DNA from: Octopus vulgaris
Taxonomy: Eukaryota
DNA: 64,000 nucleotides
NCBI GenBank assembly: GCA_951406725.2
Contig: OX597843.1
Location: 12,028,001 to 12,092,000 of the forward strand
Direction of reading: 5' to 3'
Shown here: in pieces, positions 13,062-27,300 of the stretch
Layout: each line of letters starts with the position of its first letter
Numbering within the stretch: position 1 is the stretch's first letter
Made by a program: the position numbers and the translations under genes
The notes under the pieces: model-generated
The model's database searches: none
Seen by the model: only the letters and a program-made list of their open reading frames with translations
Told to the model about the DNA's origin: nothing

Positions 13062-15652
13062 TTGTTGTTGGCATCCTTTTTGTCTCAGGAGACAATGGAG
13101 TTGCGCATAAAATAATCTAGTCCGGCTTTTACATTTCATGTCCTAATACATCTCTTGCTGTGGCTGTGTAACGGAAAAACCTCTCATCACTCCTGTTGAA
13201 TACTTGTAGTTCTCTGTTCACGTACGTCGCCAATCTCCACGGTTCTGGCAACTGCTTCCCAGTTGGTAATATTGATGTTGCAGGCATTCATGTCCCTTTT
13301 GCAAACATCCTTGTATCGTAAGAACGGTCTTCCCACAGACCTAGTGCCCCTAGCAAGCTCTCCGTTGAGTATGTCCTTGGGGATTCTGCCATCTTCCATA
13401 CGGCTAACATGTCCAAGCGATCTCATACGTCTTTGTGTGAAGAGTGCAAACATGCTTGGTATTCCTGCTTGCTTGAGGACATCTTTGTTAGGGACATGAT
13501 TCTGCCATTTGATGCGATGGATTTTCCGGAGACAGCGCAAGTGAAAGATATTTAGGCGACGTATGGCGTCGTATGGCGTGTGTATGGCGTCAAAGTCATA
13601 CAGTAGAGTGCTAAGTACACATGCCTGGTAAATCTTCATTTTTGTGGTCTTGGTCAGCTTATTGTTGTCCCATGCGCGTTTGGTGAGTTGGGCCATCACA
13701 GCAGCTGCCTTGCCAATGCGTATATTGAGCTCAGCATCAAGGGATAGGTTGTAGGTGACGGTAGAGCCAAGATAGGTAAACTTCTCCACCTCCTATACTC
13801 TGTGGTCTCCAATATGTATGTTTGGGATGTCCGATGTAGCCTGACCCATGATGTTGGTGTTCTTGAGGCTGATAACTAAGCCAAAGTTGCCAAATGCTTG
13901 CTCAGAACAGTTGCTGAGCCTTCGTAGGGCTTCTTCTGTGTGTGATACCAGAGCGGCATCATCAGCAAATAGCATCTCCTTGATCAGGACGCTTCTGAGA
14001 TTTTGGTCTTGGCACGCAGACGCGAGAGATTAAACAGTTTCCCATCACTTCTACTGTGCAGAAACACTCCATCATCTGATGTCTCAAAGGCATGTGACAG
14101 CAGCAGCGAGAAGAAGATGCCAAATTATGTAGGAGCAAGGACACAACCTTGCTCTACCCCATTTTTATTTGGAAGGCGGCTGATGTTGAACCATTGTGCT
14201 GTATGGTGCCTTGCATATTAGCATGGAATGATTTGATGATCCTCAGCAGCTTTGGTGGACATCCGATTTTTTGGAGCAGGATGAAGAGGCCTTTTCTACT
14301 TACCAAGTCAAAGCCCTTTGTCAGATCAATGAAGGCCATATATAATGGCATGTTCTGCTCTCTGGACTTCTGAAGTTGGCGTACGGAGAATATCATGTCA
14401 ATAGTTGATCTGCTTCTAAAGCCACACTGCGATTCTGGATAAATTCGAGAAGCAATTAGTTGCAGCCTGGACAGGATAATGCGAGCAGAGGCCTTTCCAA
14501 CTGTGCTTAGAAGATATATTCCACGGTAATTGTTACAATCATCACGGTCACTTTTATTTTTGTAAAGCGTAATGATGTTAGCATCCCGCATATTCTGAGG
14601 GACTGTACCCTCTTACCAGCACTGACACAGAAGCTCATGAATGTGCCGAAGCAGGATGGTATTTTTGCCGGTTTTGATGATCTCTAAGGGGATGCCGTCT
14701 TTCCCCGGAGCCTTGTTACTTGCTAGGGAGTCAATAGATTTGGTGAGCTCTGCTATAGATGGCAGACTGTCAAGTTCACACATGACTGGCAAGATCTTGA
14801 CACCCTCGATTGCAGCCTCAGCTACCTCTCGTGTGTAGGGATCCTGGTAGTACTCCATCCATGTATCCATTTGCTTGCTTTGGTCCTTGATGAGATCTCC
14901 AGTAGTTGATTTCAGAGGGGCTGAGGTGGTTGCGGATGGACCGAAGGCCTTCTTCAAACCGGCATACATCCCACGGGTGTCACCATTGTCAGCAGCTGAC
15001 TGGATACTCTGACAGATTTCCTGTCAATACCCATTTGCACAGCGTCTGGCAGTGAGTTGGGTTTTATTTCTTGCCTTTCTGAGTTCTTCGAGTGACTTTG
15101 TAGAAGAAACACTTTTGTATTGCATCAGAGCTGCACGCTTTGCTTCGATAACTGTTTCCAGCTCTGAGAGCCCAGCACTGAACAAAATCTGGGTTTTACC
15201 TTTCTCTCATTCCGAAAGTATCTATTGATGTGGTATACAAAGCTTCCCTGATATAATTCCACCTACTTTCAGCAGAGGAGGTTGGGCAGCTACTGAGGGC
15301 AACCTTGATAGAAACAGCAAAACATTGTCGCAGTGTAGGGTCCGAGGTTCTGGCAGTGTTAATGCTTGGTTGGCTCATTTTCTTGGAGTGATGGACTTTT
15401 TAGGCAGAATTCTCACCCTTCTTATTAGTGAATGATCTGTGTCACAATCCGCGCTACGGGTCAGTTGAACAGAATTCAGAAAGGATCTTCGTGTAATGAT
15501 GAGATCCAACTGATGCCAGTGGTGAGATCTTGGATGTCTCCAAGATGCCTTGTGGGATGTCTTGTTGGGAAAGAATGTGTTGGTGATGCACAGGTTATGG
15601 TATGTGCAAAATTCAAGTAGTCTCTGGCCATTGTCATTCATGTTGCCAATAC
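13062..15652 (-). mobile_element. 5'-truncated RTE-clade LINE (copy B)
   Basis: Same APE/RT fragments (ORFs 15375-15680, 14613-14969, 14154-14591, 13793-13975, 13187-13789). Retains RSVGRPFLRYKDVCKRDM, which copy A lacks. Confidence 0.95.
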
Positions 15653-16405
15653 TAAAACACATACACTTACATATATACATACATATATATATATACGATT
15701 GATTTGTTTCAGTTCCTGTCCACGAAATCCATATATATGTGAGACACTGCGTTGAGCTTTTTTAAATTTTGATAAACCTGGTACTTATTCTATCAGTTTC
15801 TTCTTGTGAAACCAGTATGTTATGGGGATGTAAATAAATGAACACCAGTTGTGAAGCAGTGATGAGGGAGAAACACAAAGACACACACACAGACTTACAT
15901 ACATACATAGATATATATACGATTGATTTCTTTCAGTTTCTGTCTACAAAATCCACTGACAAGGCTTTGGTTGGTCTCAGGCTATAGTAGAAGACACATG
16001 CCAAGTTACCACACAGTGGGACTGAACTGAGGACCATGCGTTTTGGAACCATAAGAATACTTATGCATAAATCTAAAATCTTAAATAATTTCTTTGTTAT
16101 TGTAGTATATATCAGTAAAAAAAATGGAATATTCCCAAAATTGCATGATTAACTTAAATGATTTTCATTTCTTATTTAAACGTAGTAATTCTCTTGAAAT
16201 AATCATTTTTTATCGATACCCAAAAACTGAACTTTCACAACTTGAATACTCACTATGTAGTGCCTTACTGCTGGATTTTACCTCGAGAAAGGAACCCCGA
16301 GGAAGGAGGGCTGAATTTCGAATACTTCGTACAACAAACGGCTGCAGGTTAGGAAAAAATTTTAATCGCCTCTTTCAATTTAGGTTTTTATTTTTCATGT
16401 TTATA

Positions 16406-16971
16406 TTGGGTTGTCCGGAAAGTTCGTTCCGATTTTTAAAGGAAAGTACATGGTCACTAAATACTTGCCATTACATTTTTAATGAACCAAATCTGAACCA
16501 TTTCGTTGCACAATACGTCTCCATCTTACATTTACCTTAAAATACCCTCTTCCCAGAATTGGGGTGGTTTCAAGGCAAATAATTCATCAAGGTATCTTTT
16601 TACGTCATCTAAGGAATTGAAATTTTCACCATTAAGACTATTCTGCAGAGACCTGAATAAGTGGAAATCCGAAGGAGTAATATCTGGTAAATATGGAGGG
16701 TGGGGTAAGTCACCCCAGCCAAGCTGCAGCAATTTTTATCTGGTTCCCAAAGCATCAAATGCCGATAATGAATTTTTCTCATCTTTTAATTTAAAGGGTT
16801 ACAGAATTAACACAGGTTATTGGAACATAAACCTTCTTCCACGAAAAGATAGATTAAACTGTGCTCCAAATGGAGGTGTAGTCAAATCCTATTTTATGGA
16901 CTCAAACATGTTCTAAAATAAGTCGAAAGATAAGCTACTATAAATCTGCAAGAACTTTCCGGACAACCCAA
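16406..16971 (-). mobile_element. Internally deleted mariner (copy B)
   Basis: Same TIRs and TA flanks as 5950-6516. Confidence 0.9.
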
Positions 16972-17370
16972 TATTTCTATATTTTTATCATGAAATTCTT
17001 AATATAAATATGTGGATATTCGTATGGAATAATACCTCATGTGCTACATCTGAATTTTCTTGTCTGAATGTTTTAAGACAAATATCCGAAATTTTTATCG
17101 TATACCACATTTTATTAATACTTAGCTCATATACGGAGACAAAAATGTTGTACTATATACTGCAGGTTATCTCCATTAAAATTATATTTAGTATTAGAAT
17201 TCTTCAAGTAGTATAAAAATGGTTATTGTCTGCATCATTCGAAAGCGAAATAAATTTTGCATAAGGTGTAAAAGATAAAAATAATTTGTATGGTGTTAGT
17301 AACAAAATATTTTGTAAGAAATAGAACTTTTATCGTCTGTCTTAAATATATTTTCGCCAGTGTATATATC

Positions 17371-19927
17371 TCAGGTCATCCCATAAGTTCTGTCTGAATT
17401 TTGGATAAATAATACAAGTGATCAAATGTTATATTTAATTGAAAGTTAATCATCAATGTACTTTCCCTAATTATCTATGACTTACCTCCATCTATTTACA
17501 AGCTTTTTAATCCCATCAACGTAAAACCCTTTTGGTTTCAAAGCGAAGAACTCTGAAATGTCAGGTTCGACCTCCTCCTGGCTTGCGAAAGTTGTATCCC
17601 CCTACTAATTCTGTAAACTATGAAACAAATGGTATCCTGAAGGAGTAAGGTCGGGAGAATAAGTTGGATGAAGAAATTTTTCCAAACCGACCCCTTCGAT
17701 CTTCTGTGATGTGATCTTTGCAGTGTGGGGTTGCGCATTGTCCTGATGAAACATCACTCGTTTTCGACTCACTAAAGCGGCTCTTTTTTCCTTCAAAGCT
17801 TGGTTCAAACGCTCTAATTGCTGACAGTAGACTTGAGCATTGATTGTTGCATTAGGTGGTAACAATATAAAGTGAATTACGCCTTTGCAATCGCACCAGA
17901 TAGAGAGTAGAACCTTTTTCCCATGAAGTTCCCTTCTCGGTTGTGGTTGAGAATTTTCCCTTTTACCAAGCCACTGTTTACGATGTCTAACATTTCGATA
18001 GAAAATCCATTTTTCATCACAAGTCTATCGAAAAAGGGTGAAATGAGTTTGCGAGAATGGAGAGAAGAGCAGATGCCAACTCGGGATTTGCGGTTGCTTT
18101 CGGACAATACCTATTTTCCAAGTTTAGGAATCTTTCCACGTTGTTGTAGATGACGATGAACTGTTGTATGGTTTGAAGTAAGCTTTATTGCCAATTCTTC
18201 AACTGATAATGACGGATTTTCTTCAAGTAATGCCTCAAGGAGCTTGTCAAACTCAACTGGACATCCTGTTCGATATTCATCTTCAATTTTGCAGACGATC
18301 TCCTGCAAGTTCTTTCATTCGAGCACTTTGCCATAAACTGAGTGTATGTTTCGAGTCACTTCGGCAGCAGAGTTACCTTTATTGTACTCATAAAGAATTA
18401 TATGTGCCTTAAATGCTCCTTGGATACTTCCATGTTGAAAGGGGTTTTAATCAAAGCAATTTTAGGGTGTCCACGAAGTCTGGGTTTATGGAATAAAATC
18501 ATAACATAAGAAATAATAATTTTCCTTTTTTACTTTTGTTTAAATTAAATAAAAAAATACTTTACATTTCTAAATTTATTTGTTATTTTTTCTACAGATG
18601 ATCGAATGATGGCTCTGTCTAAAGAAGAAAGAATCCCAGATCGAATGATGAATCTGTCTAAAGAAGAAAGAATCAAGTTAGTATTATTAAGTGGACGAGA
18701 GGGATGGTCTTATCGCAAAATTGCGGAAGAATTTAATCTTCCACACCCTTGTAGGCAACCTATTTATTTTACTGCCGTCAGGAAATTGATCAAGACATTT
18801 AAAGAAACAGGCAGTGTTTCGGATAAACCCCGTTCCGGGCGACCAAAGACTTCAGATGAAACTAAAGAGGCTGTCGAGGCTAAAGTTTCTGCTAGCTAGC
18901 CCCAAAAAATCACTTCGTCGGACATCTACGGTGTTAGGTGTTCCAAAACCAACCATCCACAAAATGCTGGTTGAGGAAAAGTTTCATCGATACAACCTAC
19001 AGATATTGCATCACTTAAATGAAGACGATCCTGATAGACGAATGTAGACGTGCGAATGGTTTTCAGATAAATTGGATGAAAATATCAATTTTACGAAAAA
19101 CTTTGTGTTGTTCAGTGACAAAGCTACGTTTTATGTAAATGGTGAGGTCAACAGACAGAATCTTCTATACTGGTCTCGAGGTAATCCACATTGGATGGAT
19201 CTATCCAAACAGCAAAAAGGTGATGGTGTGGTGTGGTTTTTGGAAAGCTCATGTTCTAGGACCCTTCTTCATTGAACATGTAACGGATGAGACTTATGCA
19301 AATATATTGAGAGACAAATTAATATCTTAAATTGAGCGCCTAGGCGAAAGCCTTCCGAATTGGTTTCAGCAGGATGGGGCCCCTACCCATTTTGCCACAA
19401 CTGTTAGAGATTGATTTAATGACACTTTTCCTCCTCACTAGATTGGAAGAAGGGGTCATATGGAATGGTCCCCTCGTTCACCAGACCTTTCTCCCCTTGA
19501 TTTCTTTTTCTGGGGTATGTTGAAAGAGAAAGTTTACTCAATAAAGATTACAGATTTAAAACACACGAGAGAACGCATTACCAGTCAGTGTGCTTAAATT
19601 GATGGCAATATAGACTTATTTAATCAAGTTCACCTGAATTTTGCAAGGCGCATCAAGTTATGCATTGAAAATGATGGAAATCACTTTGAAAATATTATTT
19701 ATTATAATTAAATAAAATTGTTTTGTTTTAAAAGTATGTGTTAATTCCCATGTACGCAGACTTTGTGGACACCGTCTATTATTTTGTAAAACAATATTGA
19801 ATTAGTTTAAATGTACACAAATGCATAAAAATAATTTTTAATTGAATTAGACATTTGCAAATACTATTAAATTTCATTCAACTCTAAAAAACAGGTAAAA
19901 TTGGACAGAACTGACTGGATGACTTGA
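17371..19927 (-). mobile_element. Decayed mariner with nested insertion (copy B)
   Basis: TIRs at 17371 and 19927. ORF 17605-17865: TINAQVYCQQLERL..FHQDNAQPH..YSPDL. Confidence 0.88.
18463..19778 (+). mobile_element. DD41D (rosa-type) transposon, pseudogenised (copy B)
   Basis: From 19361 the frame reads WFQQD-GAPTHFATTVRD*FNDTFPPH*IGRRGHMEWSPRSPDLSPL-D, giving 41 codons between the second and third catalytic Asp. Confidence 0.9.
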
Positions 19928-20169
19928 TATATATAATCTATGATATGATATTCTAGTAAGTTTCAAGTTTATAACACCTTGATATCTCATGTTATCTCAG
20001 TTTATATGCCTAAGACCTTTATTTTCTATTCTGGTTTTTATATATTTCTATACATTATATTTGTATCTATAATTTATTTTAAGCCGAAACATAATACGAT
20101 CCTTGTACGAACGAAAGAACAAGAATGTCCTCTGGAACGTTTATCTTCCACCGGCGTTTGTAATCGATG

Positions 20170-20490
20170 GTGACATGTGCGATGATTTTGCGACTATCTT
20201 ATATTTTACAGAGAAATTGGAAGCCCCGAATGTAAGTCAGCGCTTTATGCATAATTCAATATTCATAGTTCTCTATTTCCAACAGAAATTCTGTCCTCAA
20301 TAACTATAGATCTATTTCTAAATGTATTTCTTTTTCTTTTCCTTCATGCACTCCCGTTTGTCTCTTGACAAAGCTTTCTTTCTCCAGCGTCCACCACGTC
20401 ACGGTTAAACAGCCCTTACCGAAAATTTTGACTGTCCTGATTTTGTTAGCAGCTTTGACGTTCCACGTATCTCAAATTTTTATCTAATTT
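20170..20490 (-). pseudogene. Possible highly decayed N-terminus of a LINE APE endonuclease
   Basis: Minus-strand short motifs in APE order across frameshifts: TWNVK (~20460), CQET (~20365), EDRIS (~20290). Weak evidence. Confidence 0.3.
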
Positions 20491-20671
20491 GGTTTGGGGG
20501 AGCAATTGCTTTGACGAAGACGCATCTTGTTGCAATGCGGAGCAAGTAAAATTGCCAACATCTGAGGAAGAGTTGTTTCTTTTTTATATGCAGCCTTCAC
20601 GCTATATTTCTCTATGAATTTAAAATTCTTCTATCTTCTCCTTCAAAGAATTAAATAAGCTAAATAAATAA

Positions 20672-20677
20672 GCTGCG

Positions 20678-20726
<49 letters not shown>

Positions 20727-20733
20727 AAATAAA

Positions 20734-20796
<63 letters not shown>

Positions 20797-20831
20797 GTAA
20801 ATGTTGTTGCTGTTAAATGTTGCTGTTGCTG
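20672..20831. repeat. (GCT)n and (GTTGCT)n microsatellites
   Basis: Directly visible. Confidence 0.95.
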
Positions 20832-21575
<744 letters not shown>

Positions 21576-21612
21576 AGCCAAACCAAAGTATTAATAGTTG
21601 AACAAAGCCATG

Positions 21613-23986
21613 GCGCTCACTGTTAACGTCTCGTAGCCAAGCCGGACATTGAGCTAACGTAGCGCCACTGAGCGTAGCCGCTGGTCGCCGTAGCGCTCAC
21701 TGTTGTCTCGTAGCCGCGGACATTGAGCCCAACGGCGCCCAGAGCGAGCTCTGGTCGCCGTAGCGCTCACTGTTGTCTCGTAGCCGCGGACATTGAGCCC
21801 AACGGCGCCCAGAGCGAGCTCTGGTCGCCGTAGCGCTCACTGTTGTCTCGTAGCCGCGGACATTGAGCCCAACGGCGCCCAGAGCGAGCTCTGGTCGCCG
21901 TAGCGCTCACTGTTGTCTCGTAGCCGCGGACATTGAGCCCAACGGCGCCCAGAGCGAGCTCTGGTCGCCGTAGCGCTCACTGTTGTCTCGTAGCCGCGGA
22001 CATTGAGCTCAACGGCGCCCAGAGCGAGCTCTGGTCGCCGTAGCGCTCACTGTTGTCTCGTAGCCGCGGACATTGAGCCCAACGGCGCCCAGAGCGAGCT
22101 CTGGTCGCCGTAGCGCTCACTGTTGTCTCGTAGCCGCGGACATTGAGCCCAACGGCGCCCAGAGCGAGCTCTGGTCGCCGTAGCGCTCACTGTTGTCTCG
22201 TAGCCGCGGACATTGAGCCCAACGGCGCCCAGAGCGAGCTCTGGTCGCCGTAGCGCTCACTGTTGTCTCGTAGCCGCGGACATTGAGCCCAACGGCGCCC
22301 AGAGCGAGCTCTGGTCGCCGTAGCGCTCACTGTTGTCTCGTAGCCGCGGACATTGAGCCCAACGGCGCCCAGAGCGAGCTCTGGTCGCCGTAGCGCTCAC
22401 TGTTGTCTCGTAGCCGCGGACATTGAGCCCAACGGCGCCCAGAGCGAGCTCTGGTCGCCGTAGCGCTCACTGTTGTCTCGTAGCCGCGGACATTGAGCCC
22501 AACGGCGCCCAGAGCGAGCTCTGGTCGCCGTAGCGCTCACTGTTGTCTCGTAGCCGCGGACATTGAGCCCAACGGCGCCCAGAGCGAGCTCTGGTCGCCG
22601 TAGCGCTCACTGTTGTCTCGTAGCCGCGGACATTGAGCCCAACGGCGCCCAGAGCGAGCTCTGGTCGCCGTAGCGCTCACTGTTGTCTCGTAGCCGCGGA
22701 CATTGAGCCCAACGGCGCCCAGAGCGAGCTCTGGTCGCCGTAGCGCTCACTGTTGTCTCGTAGCCGCGGACATTGAGCCCAACGGCGCCCAGAGCGAGCT
22801 CTGGTCGCCGTAGCGCTCACTGTTGTCTCGTAGCCGCGGACATTGAGCCCAACGGCGCCCAGAGCGAGCTCTGGTCGCCGTAGCGCTCACTGTTGTCTCG
22901 TAGCCGCGGACATTGAGCCCAACGGCGCCCAGAGCGAGCTCTGGTCGCCGTAGCGCTCACTGTTGTCTCGTAGCCGCGGACATTGAGCCCAACGGCGCCC
23001 AGAGCGAGCTCTGGTCGCCGTAGCGCTCACTGTTGTCTCGTAGCCGCGGACATTGAGCCCAACGGCGCCCAGAGCGAGCTCTGGTCGCCGTAGCGCTCAC
23101 TGTTGTCTCGTAGCCGCGGACATTGAGCCCAACGGCGCCCAGAGCGAGCTCTGGTCGCCGTAGCGCTCACTGTTGTCTCGTAGCCGCGGACATTGAGCCC
23201 AACGGCGCCCAGAGCGAGCTCTGGTCGCCGTAGCGCTCACTGTTGTCTCGTAGCCGCGGACATTGAGCCCAACGGCGCCCAGAGCGAGCTCTGGTCGCCG
23301 TAGCGCTCACTGTTGTCTCGTAGCCGCGGACATTGAGCCCAACGGCGCCCAGAGCGAGCTCTGGTCGCCGTAGCGCTCACTGTTGTCTCGTAGCCGCGGA
23401 CATTGAGCCCAACGGCGCCCAGAGCGAGCTCTGGTCGCCGTAGCGCTCACTGTTGTCTCGTAGCCGCGGACATTGAGCCCAACGGCGCCCAGAGCGAGCT
23501 CTGGTCGCCGTAGCGCTCACTGTTGTCTCGTAGCCGCGGACATTGAGCCCAACGGCGCCCAGAGCGAGCTCTGGTCGCCGTAGCGCTCACTGTTGTCTCG
23601 TAGCCGCGGACATTGAGCCCAGCGGCGCCCAGAGCGAGCTCTGGTCGCCGTAGCGCTCACTGTTGTCTCGTAGCCGCGGACATTGAGCCCAACGGCGCCC
23701 AGAGCGAGCTCTGGTCGCCGTAGCGCTCACTGTTGTCTCGTAGCCGCGGACATTGAGCCCAACTGGCGCCCAGAGCGAGCTCTGGTCGCCGTAGCGCTCA
23801 CTGTTGTCTCGTAGCCGCGGACATTGAGCCCAACGGCGCCCAGAGCGAGCTCTGGTCGCCGTAGCGCTCACTGTTGTCTCGTAGCCGCGGACATTGAGCC
23901 CAACGGCGCCCAGAGCGAGCTCTGGTCGCCGTAGCGCTCACTGTTGTCTCGTAGCCGCGGACATTGAGCCCAACGGCGCCCAGAGC
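21613..23986. repeat. 70-bp GC-rich tandem array with a hairpin-forming unit: 32 full units plus partial or degenerate ends
   Basis: Unit tgttgtctcgtagccgcggacattgagcccaacggcgcccagagcgagctctggtcgccgtagcgctcac, first full unit at 21701. 46/70 GC and 9 CpG per unit. Only three variants seen (22009, 23622, +1 nt at 23764). Confidence 0.98.
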
Positions 23987-24173
23987 CCAGCTCAACACAC
24001 TCCTTATACCCTAAGGAAGGCATGTGTAAAATTTGAATGAAATTGGTTGAGTAGTTCTCAAGTTATAGGGAAATACACAGACAGACAGACACACATTCTC
24101 AGATACATAAAAGAATGAGAGTGGGTGATATTTTATATATACACACATTTATATATACGTATTTATATATAGA

Positions 24174-24204
<31 letters not shown>

Positions 24205-24381
24205 TTATAGGGTGAGTGAGGAAGATGGGCCCTAGCAACCACACCTTTTAAGATGGATTTCTAAGGTAGCCCACGAGCATCGTCACCTCATTCTACATGT
24301 CCCTGTAAACTTTGGAGCGAATCGGACGGGATGTAGTGGCATTGAAAGCGATAAAACGCATTTCAGTTTTATATAGAGAGA
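23987..24381 (-). mobile_element. Helitron-like 5'-terminal region adjoining the 70-bp array
   Basis: catgtgtaaaatttgaatgaaattggttgagtagtt...cacagacagacagacacac parallels the 5'-proximal part of 44810-45445. It ends cagttttatatagagaga|t (minus A|TC), compared with cagttttatatatataga|t at 45445. Confidence 0.5.
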
Positions 24382-27300
24382 TATATATAGATATATATAT
24401 ATATAAATATATAAAAATTATATATATGTATACAAATATATACAAATTATATATATGTATACAAATACATACAAATTATATACATGTATGTAAATACATC
24501 CAAATTATATACATGTATGTAAATATATACAAATTATATACCTGTATGTAAAATATACAAATTATATATATGTATACAAATTATATATATGTATATAAAA
24601 GTATACAAATTATATATATGTATATAAATGTATACAAATTATATATATATGTATATAAACGTATACAAATTATATATATGTATATAAACGTATACAAATA
24701 ATATATATGTATATAAACGTATACAAATTATATATATGTATATAAATGTATACAAATTATATATATGTATATAAATATAAACATTATATATATGTATATA
24801 AAGATATACAAATTATATATATGTATATATATATATATATACAAATTATATATATGTATATATATATATATATACAAATTATATATATGTATATATATAT
24901 ATACAAATTATATATATGTATATATATATATACAAATTATATATATGTATATATATATATACAAATTATATATATGTATATAAATATATACAAATTATAT
25001 ATATGTATATAAATATATACAAATTATATATATGTATATAAATATATACAAATTATATATATGTATATAAATATATACAATTATATATATGTATATAAAT
25101 ATACAAATTATATATATGCATACAAATATATAGAAATTATATTTATGTGTACAAATATATAGAAATTATATTTATGTATACAAATATATACAAATTATAT
25201 ATATGTATATATATATGTACAAATTATATATATGTATACAAATATATACAAATTATATATATGTATACAAATATATACAAATTATATATATGTATACAAT
25301 ATATACAAATTATATATGTATACAAATATATACAAATAATTTATATGTATACAAATATATACAAATCATATATATGTATACATATATATACAAATTATAT
25401 ATATGTATACATATATATACAAATTATATATATGTATACAAATATATACAAATTATATATATGTATACAAATATATACAAATTATATATATGTATACGAA
25501 TATATACAAATTATATATATGTATACAAATATATACAAATTATATATATGTATACAAATATATACAAATTATATGTATGTATACAAATATATACAAATTA
25601 TATATATGTATGCAAATATATTCAAATTATATATATGTATACAAATATATACAAATTATATATATGTATACAAATATATACAAATTATATATATGTATAC
25701 AAATATATACAAATAATATATATGTATACAAATATATACAAATTATATGTATGTATACAAATATATACAAATTATATATGTGTATACAAATATATACAAA
25801 TTATATATATGTATACAAATATATACAAATTATATATATGTATACAAATATATACAAATTATATATATGTATACAAATTATATATATGTATACAAATATA
25901 TACAAGTTATATATATGTATATAAGTATATACAAGTTATATATATGTATATAAATATATAAATTATATATGTATAATATATACAAATTATATATATGTAT
26001 ATAATTATATACAAATTATATATATGTATATAAATATATACAAATTATATATATGTATATAAATATATACAAATTATATATATGTATATAAATATATACA
26101 AATTATATATATGTATACAAATATATATATGTATACAAATATATACAAATTATATATATATATACAAATATATACAGATTATATATATGTATACAAATTA
26201 TATATATGTATACAAATATATACAAATTATATATGTGTATACAAATATATACAAAAGGTATATATATGTATACAAATATATACAAATTATATATATGTAT
26301 ACGAATATATACTTTTTATATATGTATACAAATATATACAAATTATATATATGTATACAAATATATACAAATTATATATATGTATACAAATATATACAAA
26401 TTATATATATGTATACAAAATATATACAAATTATATATATGTATACAAATTATATATATGTATATAAAAGTATACAAATTATATATATGTATATAAATGT
26501 ATACAAATTATATATATATGTATATAAACGTATACACATTATATATATGTATATAATACGTATACAAATAATATATAGGTATATAAACGTATATAAATTA
26601 TATATATGTATATAAATGTATACAAATTATATATATGTATATAAATATATACTAATTATATATATGTATATAAATATAAACATTATATATATGTATATAA
26701 AGATATACAAATTATATATATGTATATATATATATATACAAATTATATATATGTATATATATATATACAAATTATATATATGTATATATATATATACAAA
26801 TTATATATATGTATATATATATATACAAATTATATATATGTATATATATATATACAAATTATATATATGTATATAAATATATACAAATTATATATATGTA
26901 TATAAATATATACAAATTATATATATGTATATAAATATATACAAATTATATATATATATATACAAATTATATATATGTGTATAAATATATAGAAATTATA
27001 CAAATGTATATATATATATACAAATTATATATATGTATATATGTATACAAATTATATATATGTATATTAATATATACAAATTATATATATGCATACAAAT
27101 ATATACAAATTATATATATGTATACAAATTATATATATGTATACAAATATATACAAATTATATATATGCATACAAATATATACAAATTATATATATGTAT
27201 ACAAATTTTTATATGTATACAAATATATACAAATAATATATATGTATACAAATATATACAAATCATATATATGTATACATATATATACAAATTATATATA

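Larger units (their letters stand above)
10309..20407 (+). repeat. Copy B of the ~10 kb direct duplication
   Basis: Colinear with 1-9915. Confidence 0.97.

Noticed and set aside
21701-21770. Synthetic polylinker or AAV-ITR origin of the 70-mer (SacII, NarI, SacI, AfeI sites; gagcgagc, cgctcactg)
   Set aside because: Short palindromes are expected in a GC-rich hairpin, the matches are 9 nt or less, and the right edge grades into native-looking repeat sequence.
21613-23986. CRISPR array or coding repeat
   Set aside because: There are no variable spacers and no cas genes. The 70-bp period is not a multiple of 3, and the short ORFs (23587-23998) depend on a single 1-nt insertion.
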